Assembly (NCBI GenBank): GCA_965237415.1
Contig: CBDEFM010000002.1
Coordinates: forward strand, 1 to 64,000
From: Alphaproteobacteria bacterium
GTDB taxonomy: Bacteria; Pseudomonadota; Alphaproteobacteria; UBA828
Direction of reading: 5' to 3'
DNA length: 64,000 nucleotides
A program made the translations under genes and the position numbers. Below the pieces are notes generated by a model that saw only the letters and a list, made by a program, of their open reading frames with translations, was not told the DNA's origin and made no database searches. Below are positions 1-9,973 of this stretch, piece by piece; positions within the stretch are counted from its first letter, which is position 1, and each line of letters opens with the position of its first letter.

Positions 1-326
1 GGGGCGCGGCGTTGAGCGGCGGCCAGGCCCAGATGCTGGCGCTGGCCCGCGGGCTGATGGCCCGGCCAAAGCTGTTGATGCTCGACGAGCCCTCGCTCGG
101 CCTTGCCCCGATCGCCGCGCAGGAGGTCTTTGCCCTGATCGCCAGGTTGAGGGACTCCGGCGTGACGATCCTGCTGGTCGAGCAGAACGTCCGGCAAGCC
201 CTGGCGATCGCGGACAGGGGCTATGTCCTGGAAGGCGGACGGATCATATTGGACGGCAAGGCTGTGGAGCTTGCCGAACACGAGCTGTTGGTCAGTGCCT
301 ATCTGGGTCTGAAGCGAGGAGGGTGA
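1..326 (+). CDS. livF: Branched-chain amino acid ABC transporter ATP-binding protein (LivF-like), 5' partial
   Basis: LSGGQAQMLALARGLM signature, LLMLDEPSLGLAP Walker B, ILLVEQN, C-terminal AYLG. Confidence 0.85.
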   Translation, partial: GAALSGGQAQMLALARGLMARPKLLMLDEPSLGLAPIAAQEVFALIARLRDSGVTILLVEQNVRQALAIADRGYVLEGGRIILDGKAVELAEHELLVSAYLGLKRGG

Positions 327-329
327 GCG

Positions 330-794
330 ATGCGTACCTCGATCGCAGGTTTGGTGCTATCGGCGATGCTGATGGCGGGCGTTACGGCGACGGCGGGCGA
401 GCGCGTGGCCGCCGACATAAGCTGCGAGGCGGCGGCGGAGAGGCTGGCCTACGACTGCATGATCATGCTGAAGGGCAAGAAGAGCGGCGAACCCGTGGAA
501 GGGGCCGAGGTCGTCATCAAGGCCGACATGTCGTCGATGCCGTTGGCCCATAATGTTCGACCCGTAATGGCGGCGCCCGGTTCGATGCCCGGCCACTACA
601 CCGCCCGGTTGGAGCTCGACATGCACGGCGAGTGGGCCTTGACACTGGATGTCAGCGGCCCGACGCGGGACCGCGTCGTCACGAAATTACAGTTCGGCGC
701 CGACTCTGGCCAAGCCGAGCACACGCACGGAGAGATGAAGGACCACGGCGGCGACATGGAACACGACGGGATGAACATGAAGGACACGCAGTAG
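330..794 (+). CDS. Exported FixH/YtkA-like protein with His/Met-rich tail
   Basis: Signal-peptide-like N-terminus; ADMSSMP..HN, PGHY, LDMHGEWAL motifs; tail EHTHGEMKDHGGDMEHDGMNM. Confidence 0.6.
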   Translation: MRTSIAGLVLSAMLMAGVTATAGERVAADISCEAAAERLAYDCMIMLKGKKSGEPVEGAEVVIKADMSSMPLAHNVRPVMAAPGSMPGHYTARLELDMHGEWALTLDVSGPTRDRVVTKLQFGADSGQAEHTHGEMKDHGGDMEHDGMNMKDTQ

Positions 795-915
795 CCGGCC
801 GTGCTCGATTCTCCTGGATAGATCGCATCGCATCGGCTGAGAGCCCACGGTCTTGCCTGCGCCGGCTTCCGGCGACGATGTTGTGCACGGGCCGAAGCGA
901 TCGGAGGACGCACGG

Positions 916-1572
916 ATGGACGCACTGGAGATCGGACAGCCTGCGCTGGCTGTGGTCGATATGCAGAACGATTTCGTCGACCATGATGTCGGCTCCTACG
1001 CGATCGGAGCAGAGCGGATGGTGACACGGATTGGCCGGGTGATCGCCGCGGCCCGGCGCGCGCAGGTGCCGATCGTGTTCAGCCAGGAGGTACACCGCGC
1101 CGACGGGCTCGACGGCGGGCGCCTCCTCTGGGACGGGCGGAGCGGCTGGGTCACCGGCAAGCATCCCCGCGCCGCGCCCGGCGCGCCGCCGGCACCGCCC
1201 TGTATCGAAGGTACGGAGGGCTTCGAGATCGTCGACGAGCTGGCGCCCGAGCGCGGCGACATGCGCATCCTCAAGCGGCGCTTCAGCATCTTCGTCGGCA
1301 CCGAGCTCGACATGAACCTGCGTCGCTTGGGGGTCGACACGCTCCTGATCGCAGGCGTCTGCAGCGACGTCTGCGTGCTCTGGACCACGGGCGACGCCTA
1401 TCAGCGCGATTACAAGGTGTGCGTTCTGGAGGACTGTGTGGCCGGTACCAGCGCGCAGGGCCACGAGGCGGCGCTGACGCTCATCCGGGCGCTCACCAAC
1501 GCCGGCCGGCCCGTTACCGCCGCCGACGCCATCGCGGCACTGGAACGCCGCGCCGACGGCATCGGGGCATAG
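916..1572 (+). CDS. Cysteine hydrolase (isochorismatase family)
   Basis: ALAVVDMQNDF, KRRFSIF, GVCSDVCV give the Asp-Lys-Cys triad; start codon uncertain. Confidence 0.85.
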   Translation: MDALEIGQPALAVVDMQNDFVDHDVGSYAIGAERMVTRIGRVIAAARRAQVPIVFSQEVHRADGLDGGRLLWDGRSGWVTGKHPRAAPGAPPAPPCIEGTEGFEIVDELAPERGDMRILKRRFSIFVGTELDMNLRRLGVDTLLIAGVCSDVCVLWTTGDAYQRDYKVCVLEDCVAGTSAQGHEAALTLIRALTNAGRPVTAADAIAALERRADGIGA

Positions 1573-1699
1573 GGAACTGCGGCAGGACGATCCCGGCGGC
1601 AAGTGGTGCGCGATCGCCGGCGGCCACGACGGGGCCGCACTTCGCTATAGACTGGGATTTCAGAAGCGGCGCAACGCCTGCGCACCGGCCCTGTACGAG

Positions 1700-2942
1700 C
1701 ACGGGCGCAGCGAGGCGGCGCAGGTTCTGGGTGTCTCGGAGCACACCTTGCGACGCTGGCGCGACCGCTACGAGGCGGAGGGAGCCGACGGTCTCTACGA
1801 CCGCCGCCTGGGCCGCCTCTCGGCGCGGCGCGCGCCGGCGGACGAGGTGGCGCGGGTGCTGGAGTTGTTCGACACCCGCTACTGGGACTTCACGGCCAAG
1901 CACTTCCACGAGAAGCTGGTGGCCGATCACGGCTTCAAGCGCAGCTACAACTGGCTGCGGCTGAGCTTGCAAGCCCATGGGCGCAGGCGCGCGGCGCCCA
2001 GGCGTGGGGCGCACCGGCGCAAGCGGCCGCGCCGCGCGCTCCCCGGCATGATGCTGCATCAGGACGGCTCGAGCCACGCGTGGGTCCCCGCTCGATGGTG
2101 GGACCTGATCGTCACCATGGACGATGCGACCAGCGAGATCTACTCGGCCTTCTTCGTCGCCGAAGAGGGCACCATGTCGAGCTTCCAGGGGGTGTCCGAG
2201 GCGATCCGGGCCAAGGGCCTGTTCTGCTCGCTCTACGCCGACCGCGCCAGCCACTACTGGAACACGCCCGAGGCCGGCGGCAAGGTGGACAAGGACACCC
2301 CGACCCAGGTCGGCCGCGCCCTGGCGCAGCTCGGCATCGAGTCGATCCCGGCCTATTCGCCCGAGGCAAGGGGGCGCTCGGAGCGCATGTTCGCCACCCT
2401 GCAGAAGCGCCTGCCCCAGGAACTCAGGCTCGCCGGCATCACCGAGATCGCCGAGGCCAACCGCTTCCTCAAGGAGCTCTTCCTGCCACAACACAACGCC
2501 CGCTTCGCGACCCCGGCCGAGGACCAGGGCACCGCCTTCGTCCCCTTCACCGGCGCGCTCGACGACATCCTCTGCATCCACGAGGAACGCACCGTCTCAA
2601 ACGACAACACGGTGCGCTACAAGCGCAGGCTCCTGCAGCTCCCCGCCGGCCGCCACCGCCGCCATTACGTCAAGGCCAGGGTCCGCGTCCACGAATACCC
2701 CGACGGCACAATGGCCGTCTTCCATGGACCGCGATGTCTGGCGCGATACCACGCCGATGGCCAACCGATCGACAGCCAAACCCGAGAGGCCGCGTGATCC
2801 GCTTCGACGCGACCGACCGGCGCCCTGTGGACAAGTGGACAGCCGCGCCGCGCCCGACCACTTCCCCACAGAGCCAGCAACCGCAACAGAAGCGGTCAAC
2901 TCATATGGTACATAAACCGGCCAACTCAGATTGTTCTCGACA
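1700..2942 (+). mobile_element. IS1202-like (ISNCY group) insertion sequence, 5'-truncated; transposase reads to 2797
   Basis: HQDGS, DDATSEI, YADR, GRSER DDE motifs; right end ...CCGGCCAACTCAGATTGTTCTCGACA at 2942; no left IR or proper start found; homologous to the copy at 55248. Confidence 0.85.
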
Positions 2943-3087
2943 GGCCGACCCGACGCCGGACGGTTAGGCCGGTTCGCTTGACCCGCTTCGATCCGGGTAA
3001 GACACTGCCCCGCCGCCGCCGGTGCGAGGCGGCAGAGACGCAACGACCAGGCGCGGCCGCCGGGCCGCCAGAGCGAGCGGACTGCCC

Positions 3088-5166
3088 ATGAAGTTAATCG
3101 GCGTCGATGTCGGCGGCACTTTTACCGATCTCATCATCAGCGATAGCGAGACGCGCGAGAGCGCGATTCACAAGGTGCCCACCACGCCGGACGATCCGTC
3201 GGAGGGCGCCGCGGCGGGCATCGCCGTGCTCTGCGAGCGGAGCGGCACGGCACCGGACGCGATCGCCCACGTTTTCCACGGCACCACGATCTCGACCAAC
3301 GCGGTGCTTCAGTACGACGGCGCCGAGACCGGCATGATCACCTCGGCCGGCTACCGCGACATTATCCACATCGGCCGCCACCAGCGGCCGCAGAATTACT
3401 CGATCATGCAGGACATCCCGTGGCAGGCGCGTCCGCTCGTGCGTCGCCGCCACCGCCTCACCGTGCGGGAGAGGCGGGTGCCGCCGCAGGGCGCCGTGCT
3501 GGAGCCGCTGGACGAAGAGGGCGTGCGCCAGGCCGCCCGCACGCTCCGCGAGAAGGGCGTGGAGGCGGTCGCCATCTGCTTCCTCTTCGCCTACATCGAC
3601 CCCACGCATGAGGAGCGCGCGCGTGCCATTGTACTGGAGGAATGGCCGGAAGCCTTCGTCACCACATCGGCCCGGGTCGCGCCGCAGTTTCGCGAGTTCG
3701 AGCGCTTTACGACGGCGGCGATGAACGCCTTCATCGGCCCCAAGGTCCGCAACTACGTGCGCCGCTTCGAGGACCGGTTGAAGCAGGCGGGAGTCGCGGG
3801 CGATCTCCACATCATGGGGTCGAACGGCGGCGTCGCGACCGCGGCGATGGTGGCGGACGTGCCGGTCATCACCCTCATGTCGGGGCCGGCCGCCGGTGTG
3901 CTCGGCGGCGCCTGGGCGGCGGAGCACTCCGGGCGCCGGCGCCTCATTACTTTCGACGTGGGCGGCACCAGCGCCGACATCGGCATCGTGATCGACGGCC
4001 ACTACAACGAGGCTACCGCGCGCGACACCTGGATCGGCGGCTACCCGGTGCTGGTGCCCATGATCGACATCACGACCATCGGTGCCGGCGGCGGCAGCAT
4101 CGCGCGTATCGACGCGGGCGGCGCCTTCAAGGTAGGGCCGGAGAGCGCGGGCTCCGAGCCCGGCCCCGCCTGCTACGGGCGTGGCGGCAGCGCGCCGACG
4201 GTGACCGACGCCAACATCGTACTCGGCCGGCTGGACGCGGACAACTTTCTCGGTGGCGAGATGACGCTTGCGCCGGAGCGCGCCGACGAGGCGCTCACGG
4301 ACCTCGCGGAGACACTCGGCATCGACAAGCACGAGGCCGCCGAGGGTGTGCTCACCATCGTCAACGCCAACATGGCGAACGCCATCCGCTCCAAGACGGT
4401 GCAGAAGGGACTGGACCCACGCGAATTCTCGCTCGTCGCCTTCGGCGGCGCCGGCCCGCTGCATGGCGCCGAGGTCGCGGCGATGCTCGACGTGCCCGAG
4501 GTTCTGGTGCCGCCTCATCCCGGCATCACGTCGGCGGCGGGCCTGCTCACCACCGACCTCAAGTACGACCAGATCATGACGGCCTTCCAGGTCAAGGGTG
4601 CGGTGGATATCGAGCGGATCAACCGTGATTTTGCGCGGCTGAGCCGTGACCTCCTGGCTCAGTACGAGGCCGCCGGGCTCGGCGCCGACCGGGTGGAGGA
4701 GAGGCGCGCCGGCGATCTGCGCTATGTCGGCCAAGGCTACGAGCTGCGCGTGTCGTTCCCGACGGACGGGTTGGACGAGGCCGGGCTGGAGGAGGTCTGG
4801 CAGGCTTTCCATGCGTTGCACGAGCAGGAGTACGGCCACTGCTTCACGGAGAGCCCCATCGAGATCGTCAACATCCGCATCACCGGGGTTGGCCGCATGC
4901 CGAAGATCGCGGCACCGCCGGAGCCCACCGGCGGGTCGCTGGAGGAGGCACGGGTCAAGACCGCGCGCTCGGTCTTCCGCGTGGACGGCGCGCTCGAAGG
5001 CTATGACACGGCTTTCTACCGGCGGGACGCGCTGCCGGTGGATGCGCCGATCCCCGGCCCCGCGATTATCGTGCAAACGGACGCCACCACCGTGGTGCCG
5101 CCCGGCTGGTCAGTGCGCGTGGACAAGAGCGCGAACCTCATCCTGCGCCTGGGCGAGGAGGATTGA
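3088..5166 (+). CDS. hyuA: Hydantoinase/oxoprolinase subunit A (HyuA-like)
   Basis: GVDVGGTFTD, HGTT..TNA, SGPAAG, DVGGTSAD, GAGGGS, FGGAGPLH. Confidence 0.9.
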   Translation: MKLIGVDVGGTFTDLIISDSETRESAIHKVPTTPDDPSEGAAAGIAVLCERSGTAPDAIAHVFHGTTISTNAVLQYDGAETGMITSAGYRDIIHIGRHQRPQNYSIMQDIPWQARPLVRRRHRLTVRERRVPPQGAVLEPLDEEGVRQAARTLREKGVEAVAICFLFAYIDPTHEERARAIVLEEWPEAFVTTSARVAPQFREFERFTTAAMNAFIGPKVRNYVRRFEDRLKQAGVAGDLHIMGSNGGVATAAMVADVPVITLMSGPAAGVLGGAWAAEHSGRRRLITFDVGGTSADIGIVIDGHYNEATARDTWIGGYPVLVPMIDITTIGAGGGSIARIDAGGAFKVGPESAGSEPGPACYGRGGSAPTVTDANIVLGRLDADNFLGGEMTLAPERADEALTDLAETLGIDKHEAAEGVLTIVNANMANAIRSKTVQKGLDPREFSLVAFGGAGPLHGAEVAAMLDVPEVLVPPHPGITSAAGLLTTDLKYDQIMTAFQVKGAVDIERINRDFARLSRDLLAQYEAAGLGADRVEERRAGDLRYVGQGYELRVSFPTDGLDEAGLEEVWQAFHALHEQEYGHCFTESPIEIVNIRITGVGRMPKIAAPPEPTGGSLEEARVKTARSVFRVDGALEGYDTAFYRRDALPVDAPIPGPAIIVQTDATTVVPPGWSVRVDKSANLILRLGEED

Positions 5167-5169
5167 GCC

Positions 5170-6948
5170 ATGGCAGAGACGCCGAACCGCCGCCCCATCG
5201 ACGCCGTCACCGCCAGCGTGATCCAGGGCGCGCTGGAGAGCATCGCGGTCGAGATGGGCTGGAAGCTCATGCGCATGTCGTATTCCTCGATCATCCGCGA
5301 ATCCGAGGATTTCGGCGCGGCGATCATCGACCGCCACGGCCGTCAGCTCTGCGAATCGGTGCACTCGACGCCGCTCCAATCGGGGCCGATCCCCGGCTAC
5401 GTGAAGGGGATGAACCAGATTCTCGAGGAGCGCGGCCAGACCCTGCACGAGGGCGACGTCATCATTCACAACTCCGCCTATCACGGCGCAAGCCACGGGC
5501 CGGACGTGGCCTTCATCGTGCCGGTCTTCCGCCACAGCGCCCTGGTCGGCTATGCCGTCACCACCGCGCATCATCTCGATATCGGCGCGCTCAGCCCCGG
5601 TAGCTGCGGCATCGTCGACGCGATGGACGCCTATGCCGAGGGCCTCCAGTTCAAGGCGCTCAAGGCCTACGACAGGGGCGTTGCGAACGAGGCGCTCTGG
5701 CACATGATGCGCGACAACATCCGCGCGCCGGACATGGTAGTCGGCGATATGGAGGCGCAGGTCGCGGCCAGCCGCATCGGCGCCGAGCGCTACCTCGCGC
5801 TGATCGAGCGCCACGGGCTCGACACGGTCGAGGCGGCGGCCGACGCGCTCATGGACTATTCCGAGCGGCTCATGCGCCAGGCGATCGAGGCGCTGCCCGA
5901 TGGCACATACCGGGCCGAGGGCCATGTGGACGGCTTCCTCGACGACCCCGACCGGCGCCACTTCAAGATCGCCGTCGCCGTCACCGTGAAGGGCAGCGAA
6001 CTGGTGGTGGACCTCGACGGCACCGCGCGGCAGTGCGACGACCGGCCCATCAACATGCCGCTCGAGGGCACGGTCGATTGCGCGATCTGGCTGACGGTCC
6101 GCTCGATCCTCCTCGACAGTGAGACTTTCGGCCACATCCCGCAGAACTCAGGCCTGATCCGCCCGATTATCATCAAGGCGCCGGAAGGAACCATCGCCAA
6201 TCCCACCTTCCCGGCGCCCACCATCGCGCGCTTCGTCTCCGGCAACATCGTTGCCGACACGCTGATGAAGGCGCTGGCCCAGGCGGTGCCCGATAAGGTC
6301 TCCGCCGGCGTCGGCAACCTCAAGGTGGTGGCGTTCTCAGGTATCAAGGACGGCGGCCACTGGGTGCACATGGATATCCACGAGGGCAGCTACGGCGGGC
6401 GCGCCGGCAAGGACGGAATGGACGCGGTGGACACCCTCTACGCCAACACCCGCAACAACCCGATCGAGGATATCGAGTCCCACCTGCCGCTCCGCATCCG
6501 GCGCTATGAGCTGCGCGACGACGCGTCCGCGGCCGGGCGCTGGCGCGGCGGCATCGGCTCCATCCGCCAAGTATCCTTCCTCGCCGACAGCTCTATTTCG
6601 GTCGAAGGCGACGGCCACGCCTTCCGCCCCTGGGGCTTCGACGGCGGCGAGGAGGGGCGCGAAGCGGCGCTGGTCTATCACCGCGCCGACGGCGAGGATA
6701 TTCCGTTCCCCTCGATGATGCCGAACCGCGCGGTCAAGGCCGGCGAGAGCCTCACACTCACCGGCACCTGCGGCGGCGGCTACGGCGAGGCCGCCGAGCG
6801 CCCACCCGCGGCGGTCGCCGAAGACGTGCGCGACGGCTACATCTCTCGCCGGACGGCCGAGAGATTCTATGGTGTCATCGTCACCGAGGCAGATGAGCTT
6901 GACGTCGCGGCCACCGAAGCTCGGCGCGCCTCTGCGCTGGAAGGATAG
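5170..6948 (+). CDS. hyuB: Hydantoinase B/oxoprolinase subunit B (HyuB-like)
   Basis: SSIIRESEDF, HGASHGPD, AHHLDIG, GRWRGG, CGGGYG; directly follows hyuA. Confidence 0.9.
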   Translation: MAETPNRRPIDAVTASVIQGALESIAVEMGWKLMRMSYSSIIRESEDFGAAIIDRHGRQLCESVHSTPLQSGPIPGYVKGMNQILEERGQTLHEGDVIIHNSAYHGASHGPDVAFIVPVFRHSALVGYAVTTAHHLDIGALSPGSCGIVDAMDAYAEGLQFKALKAYDRGVANEALWHMMRDNIRAPDMVVGDMEAQVAASRIGAERYLALIERHGLDTVEAAADALMDYSERLMRQAIEALPDGTYRAEGHVDGFLDDPDRRHFKIAVAVTVKGSELVVDLDGTARQCDDRPINMPLEGTVDCAIWLTVRSILLDSETFGHIPQNSGLIRPIIIKAPEGTIANPTFPAPTIARFVSGNIVADTLMKALAQAVPDKVSAGVGNLKVVAFSGIKDGGHWVHMDIHEGSYGGRAGKDGMDAVDTLYANTRNNPIEDIESHLPLRIRRYELRDDASAAGRWRGGIGSIRQVSFLADSSISVEGDGHAFRPWGFDGGEEGREAALVYHRADGEDIPFPSMMPNRAVKAGESLTLTGTCGGGYGEAAERPPAAVAEDVRDGYISRRTAERFYGVIVTEADELDVAATEARRASALEG

Positions 6949-6960
6949 AACGAGAACGCA

Positions 6961-7018
6961 CCCACCTCTCCCTGTCCCTCTCCCCCCTGAAGGGCGGAGA
7001 GGGCCGGGGTGAGGTGGG
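6961..7018. repeat. REP-like extragenic palindrome
   Basis: CCCACCTC..CCCTCTCC-loop-GGAGAGGG..GAGGTGGG imperfect hairpin between hyuB and the racemase. Confidence 0.6.
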
Positions 7019-7061
7019 GGAACCGTGCCGACGGCGCGGAAGCGGATAGGGAGACACGCCG

Positions 7062-7820
7062 ATGAAGATCAAGGTGATCAACCCCAACACCACCATGGAG
7101 ATGACCGAGGGGATCGGCGAGGCCGCGCGCTCCGTCGCGCGGGCCGGCACCGAGATCGTGGCGGTGAGCCCCGAATTCGGGCCGGCCTCGATCGAGAGCT
7201 ACTACGACGAGCAGGTCGCGGCCTGCGGCGTCCTCGACGAGGTGCGAAAGGGAAAGAGCGAAGGCGTCGACGCCTATGTCATCGCCTGCTACGGCGATCC
7301 AGGGCTTCACGCCGCGCGCGAGATGACCGAGAAGCCGGTGGTCGGCATCGCCGAGGCCTCGTTCTACACAGCCTCCATGGTCGCTGCCCGCTTCTCCGTC
7401 GTTTCGGTGATTCCCCGCGTCCGCACCCTGCTCGAAGAGATGGTGCACAGCTACGGCATGACGGAACGGATCGTCGCCATCCGCACCACGCCGCTCTACG
7501 TGCTGGACATCGAGCGCGACCCGGAAGGCTCGATGGAGAAGCTAAGGGACGAGGTGCGGCGCTCGGTGGAGGAGGACGACGCCGAGGCTGTCTGTCTTGG
7601 CTGCGCCGGCTTCGCGCGCTTCGCGGCCGAGCTCGAAGCCGAGCTCGGGGTGCCGGTCCTCGACGGTGTGGTCTGCGCCACCAAGCAGGCTGAGCTGCTG
7701 GTCGATCTCGGGCTCAAGACCAGCAAGCGCAAGACTTACCGCCCGCCCGAGCGCAAGCACTTCACCGGCATGTTCCGCCACTTCGGGACCGCCGACGACG
7801 TCGCCGAAGCCGCGGAGTAG
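7062..7820 (+). CDS. Asp/Glu/hydantoin racemase
   Basis: INPNTT, IACYGDPG, LGCAG: two catalytic Cys motifs. Confidence 0.9.
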   Translation: MKIKVINPNTTMEMTEGIGEAARSVARAGTEIVAVSPEFGPASIESYYDEQVAACGVLDEVRKGKSEGVDAYVIACYGDPGLHAAREMTEKPVVGIAEASFYTASMVAARFSVVSVIPRVRTLLEEMVHSYGMTERIVAIRTTPLYVLDIERDPEGSMEKLRDEVRRSVEEDDAEAVCLGCAGFARFAAELEAELGVPVLDGVVCATKQAELLVDLGLKTSKRKTYRPPERKHFTGMFRHFGTADDVAEAAE

Positions 7821-7930
7821 GGGAGCAGGCAGCGGCTGCGGCTCCGAGGCAACGCCCGGTCATCGCACGTTCCGTCCGCGTCCCTGCGGGCGGGGTGCTT
7901 GGCTCTCCCACCAACGGCCGCATTCGATCA

Positions 7931-8010
7931 CTTTGCTTGCAATGCTGGCAAAGCGCGTTATATTTTCTTACCGATCTAGATACGATTTAAATAATATCTC
8001 GATTTTAAAT
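7931..8010 (+). promoter_or_regulatory. Putative sigma70 promoter and operator of the toxin-antitoxin operon
   Basis: TTGCAA (7937) N16 TATATT (7959); inverted repeat CTTTGC..GCAAAG flanking the -35; AT-rich tract with ATTTAAAT and TTTTAAAT. Confidence 0.4.
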
Positions 8011-8020
8011 GGGGGGTGCA

Positions 8021-8689
8021 ATGCAGATTCAGGACGTTACGCTCGATATCGAGCAAAGTCTCGCGAACTTGAAGAGTCTGAAGATGTCGGCCCTGCCGCC
8101 AGCGTTGCGGGGATTGCGGCAACTGCCGCTCGGCGACTATGAGCCCCGGGTGAGCATTCGGTACTGGAACGGGAAGCAGCACAGGAAGATCCGCAAGGAC
8201 GCGGACGCCAGCTACTTCGTCCCGGATTACTGCGAGGTGGTCATCAGCTTCGTGCCCTCCGAGGACCCTCATGACGAAGATGGCCCAGGCAACGGGAGCC
8301 TGCCGGATGGCGACGACGGCAAGGACGGTGCGTTTGATCGCGAGGCGGCCATGGACCAGCTCCTCGAGGCGCTCGCGGAAGTCGAAGGCACGCGGCGGTT
8401 CGTGGCTCTTAGATGGTTCCGCGATCAATACCTGCCCGAGCGCGGTTACGGCTGGGCGCGCGATGCGAGGAACAGCGGCGCCCTGCTGCGCCGCGCGACC
8501 GAGCAGCGCCTAATCCTGACCAGCCAGGTCCCCAACCCGAACAACCCGCTCCACCCGGTCACCGCGATACGGGTCAATCGGCGTCATCCGCGGTTCGGGA
8601 CAGAGTCGCCGCCTCGCCGTACCGGGTTCGAGCGGGTGCGCATACGGGGAGGTGCGATCGCAGACACCGTTCTCGGCGACAGACGCTGA
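8021..8689 (+). CDS. Hypothetical protein, putative large antitoxin
   Basis: Ends 9 nt before vapC; C-terminus FERVRIRGGAIADTVLGDRR resembles VapB neutralising tails. Confidence 0.55.
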   Translation: MQIQDVTLDIEQSLANLKSLKMSALPPALRGLRQLPLGDYEPRVSIRYWNGKQHRKIRKDADASYFVPDYCEVVISFVPSEDPHDEDGPGNGSLPDGDDGKDGAFDREAAMDQLLEALAEVEGTRRFVALRWFRDQYLPERGYGWARDARNSGALLRRATEQRLILTSQVPNPNNPLHPVTAIRVNRRHPRFGTESPPRRTGFERVRIRGGAIADTVLGDRR

Positions 8690-8698
8690 AGGGGTCCA

Positions 8699-9148
8699 AT
8701 GTCAAGCGTCTATCTCGACACGAGTGCGCTGCTCAAGTTCTACATCGAGGAAGCCGGGACGGATCGGGTCACGCACGTCGTGGAAGACGCCGAGGACGGC
8801 CATGCGGTCATTCTCGACCTCACTCCGGTTGAAGCCCGATCGGCAATCCGCCGGCGCGAACGTGAGGGCGACATAGCAGCGGCGGACGCGGATCGGGTCT
8901 TGCGGCAGATCGAAGACGATGCCTCGTCGCTCTTCCTAGTGCAGCCCTCGACCTCGGCAGTGATGGAGGAAGCCGCCCGGCTGATCGACCGGCACCCGCT
9001 CAGGGCCTACGACGCGCTTCAACTCGCGGGCTGTCTCGTGGTTCGTCACGGCATGCCGGAGCCGGTGACGTTTGTGTGTGCGGACACGCGCCTCTGCGAA
9101 GCGGCGGGCAGCGAAGGACTAGCAGCGATTAATCCGATCGCAACGTGA
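8699..9148 (+). CDS. vapC: PIN-domain type II toxin VapC
   Basis: YLDTSALLKFY, E in VEARSA, LRAYDALQLA, CADTRL. Confidence 0.9.
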   Translation: MSSVYLDTSALLKFYIEEAGTDRVTHVVEDAEDGHAVILDLTPVEARSAIRRREREGDIAAADADRVLRQIEDDASSLFLVQPSTSAVMEEAARLIDRHPLRAYDALQLAGCLVVRHGMPEPVTFVCADTRLCEAAGSEGLAAINPIAT

Positions 9149-9325
9149 GCCCGCCACCGCCGGGCGGCACTGATCGTCCGCATCCACTCCTCCGCTCGGT
9201 CGCCGAATTGGCGGCGGGAGGGTGATCGTGACAGGCGGCCGACCGACAGGGCCGCCGACGCCTTGGCACTATCCCGGCGCAGTCGAGCGACCCACCGGCT
9301 GCCAGAGAGGCATACATGTTCGCCC

Positions 9326-9353
9326 TTGACTATAATAATAATAGTTCTAATTT
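9326..9353 (+). promoter_or_regulatory. Promoter with Fur-family (Irr/PerR-like) box upstream of the peroxiredoxin
   Basis: TTGACT followed by ATAATAATAATAGTTCTAAT in a GC-rich background; right half matches the Irr ICE half-site TTCTAA. Confidence 0.4.
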
Positions 9354-9390
9354 GCATCTCAGAACACATTCCGGATCAGGAGCAAGTGCT

Positions 9391-9942
9391 ATGCGTGTAC
9401 CCGAGGTGACATTCAAGACCCGCGTCCGTGACGAGAGCGTCGAGGGGCCGAACCCCTTCCGCTGGCAGGACCGGACCAGCGCCGAGATCTTCGCCGGCCG
9501 CCGGGTGATGCTCTTCGCACTCCCAGGCGCCTTCACGCCGACCTGCAGCTCGACCCATCTGCCGGGCTACGACGCGCTGCACCACTGCTTCATGGATGCC
9601 GGCATCGACGAGGTGATCTGCCTCTCCGTCAATGACGCTTTCGTCATGTACCAGTGGGGGAAGTATCAGGGGGTCCAGCACGTCACCCTGCTGCCGGATG
9701 GCTGCGGCACCTTCAGCCGCCGCATGGGCATGCTGGTGGACAAGGACAATCTCGGCTTCGGCCTGCGCAGCTGGCGTTACTCCATGCTGGTCGAGGACGG
9801 CGAGATTACGAAGATGTTCGTGGAGCCGGGGCTTTGCGACAACGCGCCGGGCGACCCCTTCGAGGTCTCCGACGCCGAGACCATGCTCGCCCACATCGAG
9901 TCGCTCAAGCCGGCACAAGGCCGCCTGAGCGTCGTCGCCTGA
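9391..9942 (+). CDS. Peroxiredoxin (Prx5/redoxin type)
   Basis: LPGAFTPTCS..HLPG, SVNDAFVM, RSWRYSM; AGGAG RBS. Confidence 0.9.
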   Translation: MRVPEVTFKTRVRDESVEGPNPFRWQDRTSAEIFAGRRVMLFALPGAFTPTCSSTHLPGYDALHHCFMDAGIDEVICLSVNDAFVMYQWGKYQGVQHVTLLPDGCGTFSRRMGMLVDKDNLGFGLRSWRYSMLVEDGEITKMFVEPGLCDNAPGDPFEVSDAETMLAHIESLKPAQGRLSVVA

Positions 9943-9973
9943 TCCCGGCCCCGCACGGCGCCGGGGCAGGAGA

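Noticed and set aside
3094-5076. Long antisense ORFs (also 18247-20160, 53579-55783, 58926-60752)
   Set aside because: Typical high-GC antisense shadows of well-supported genes.
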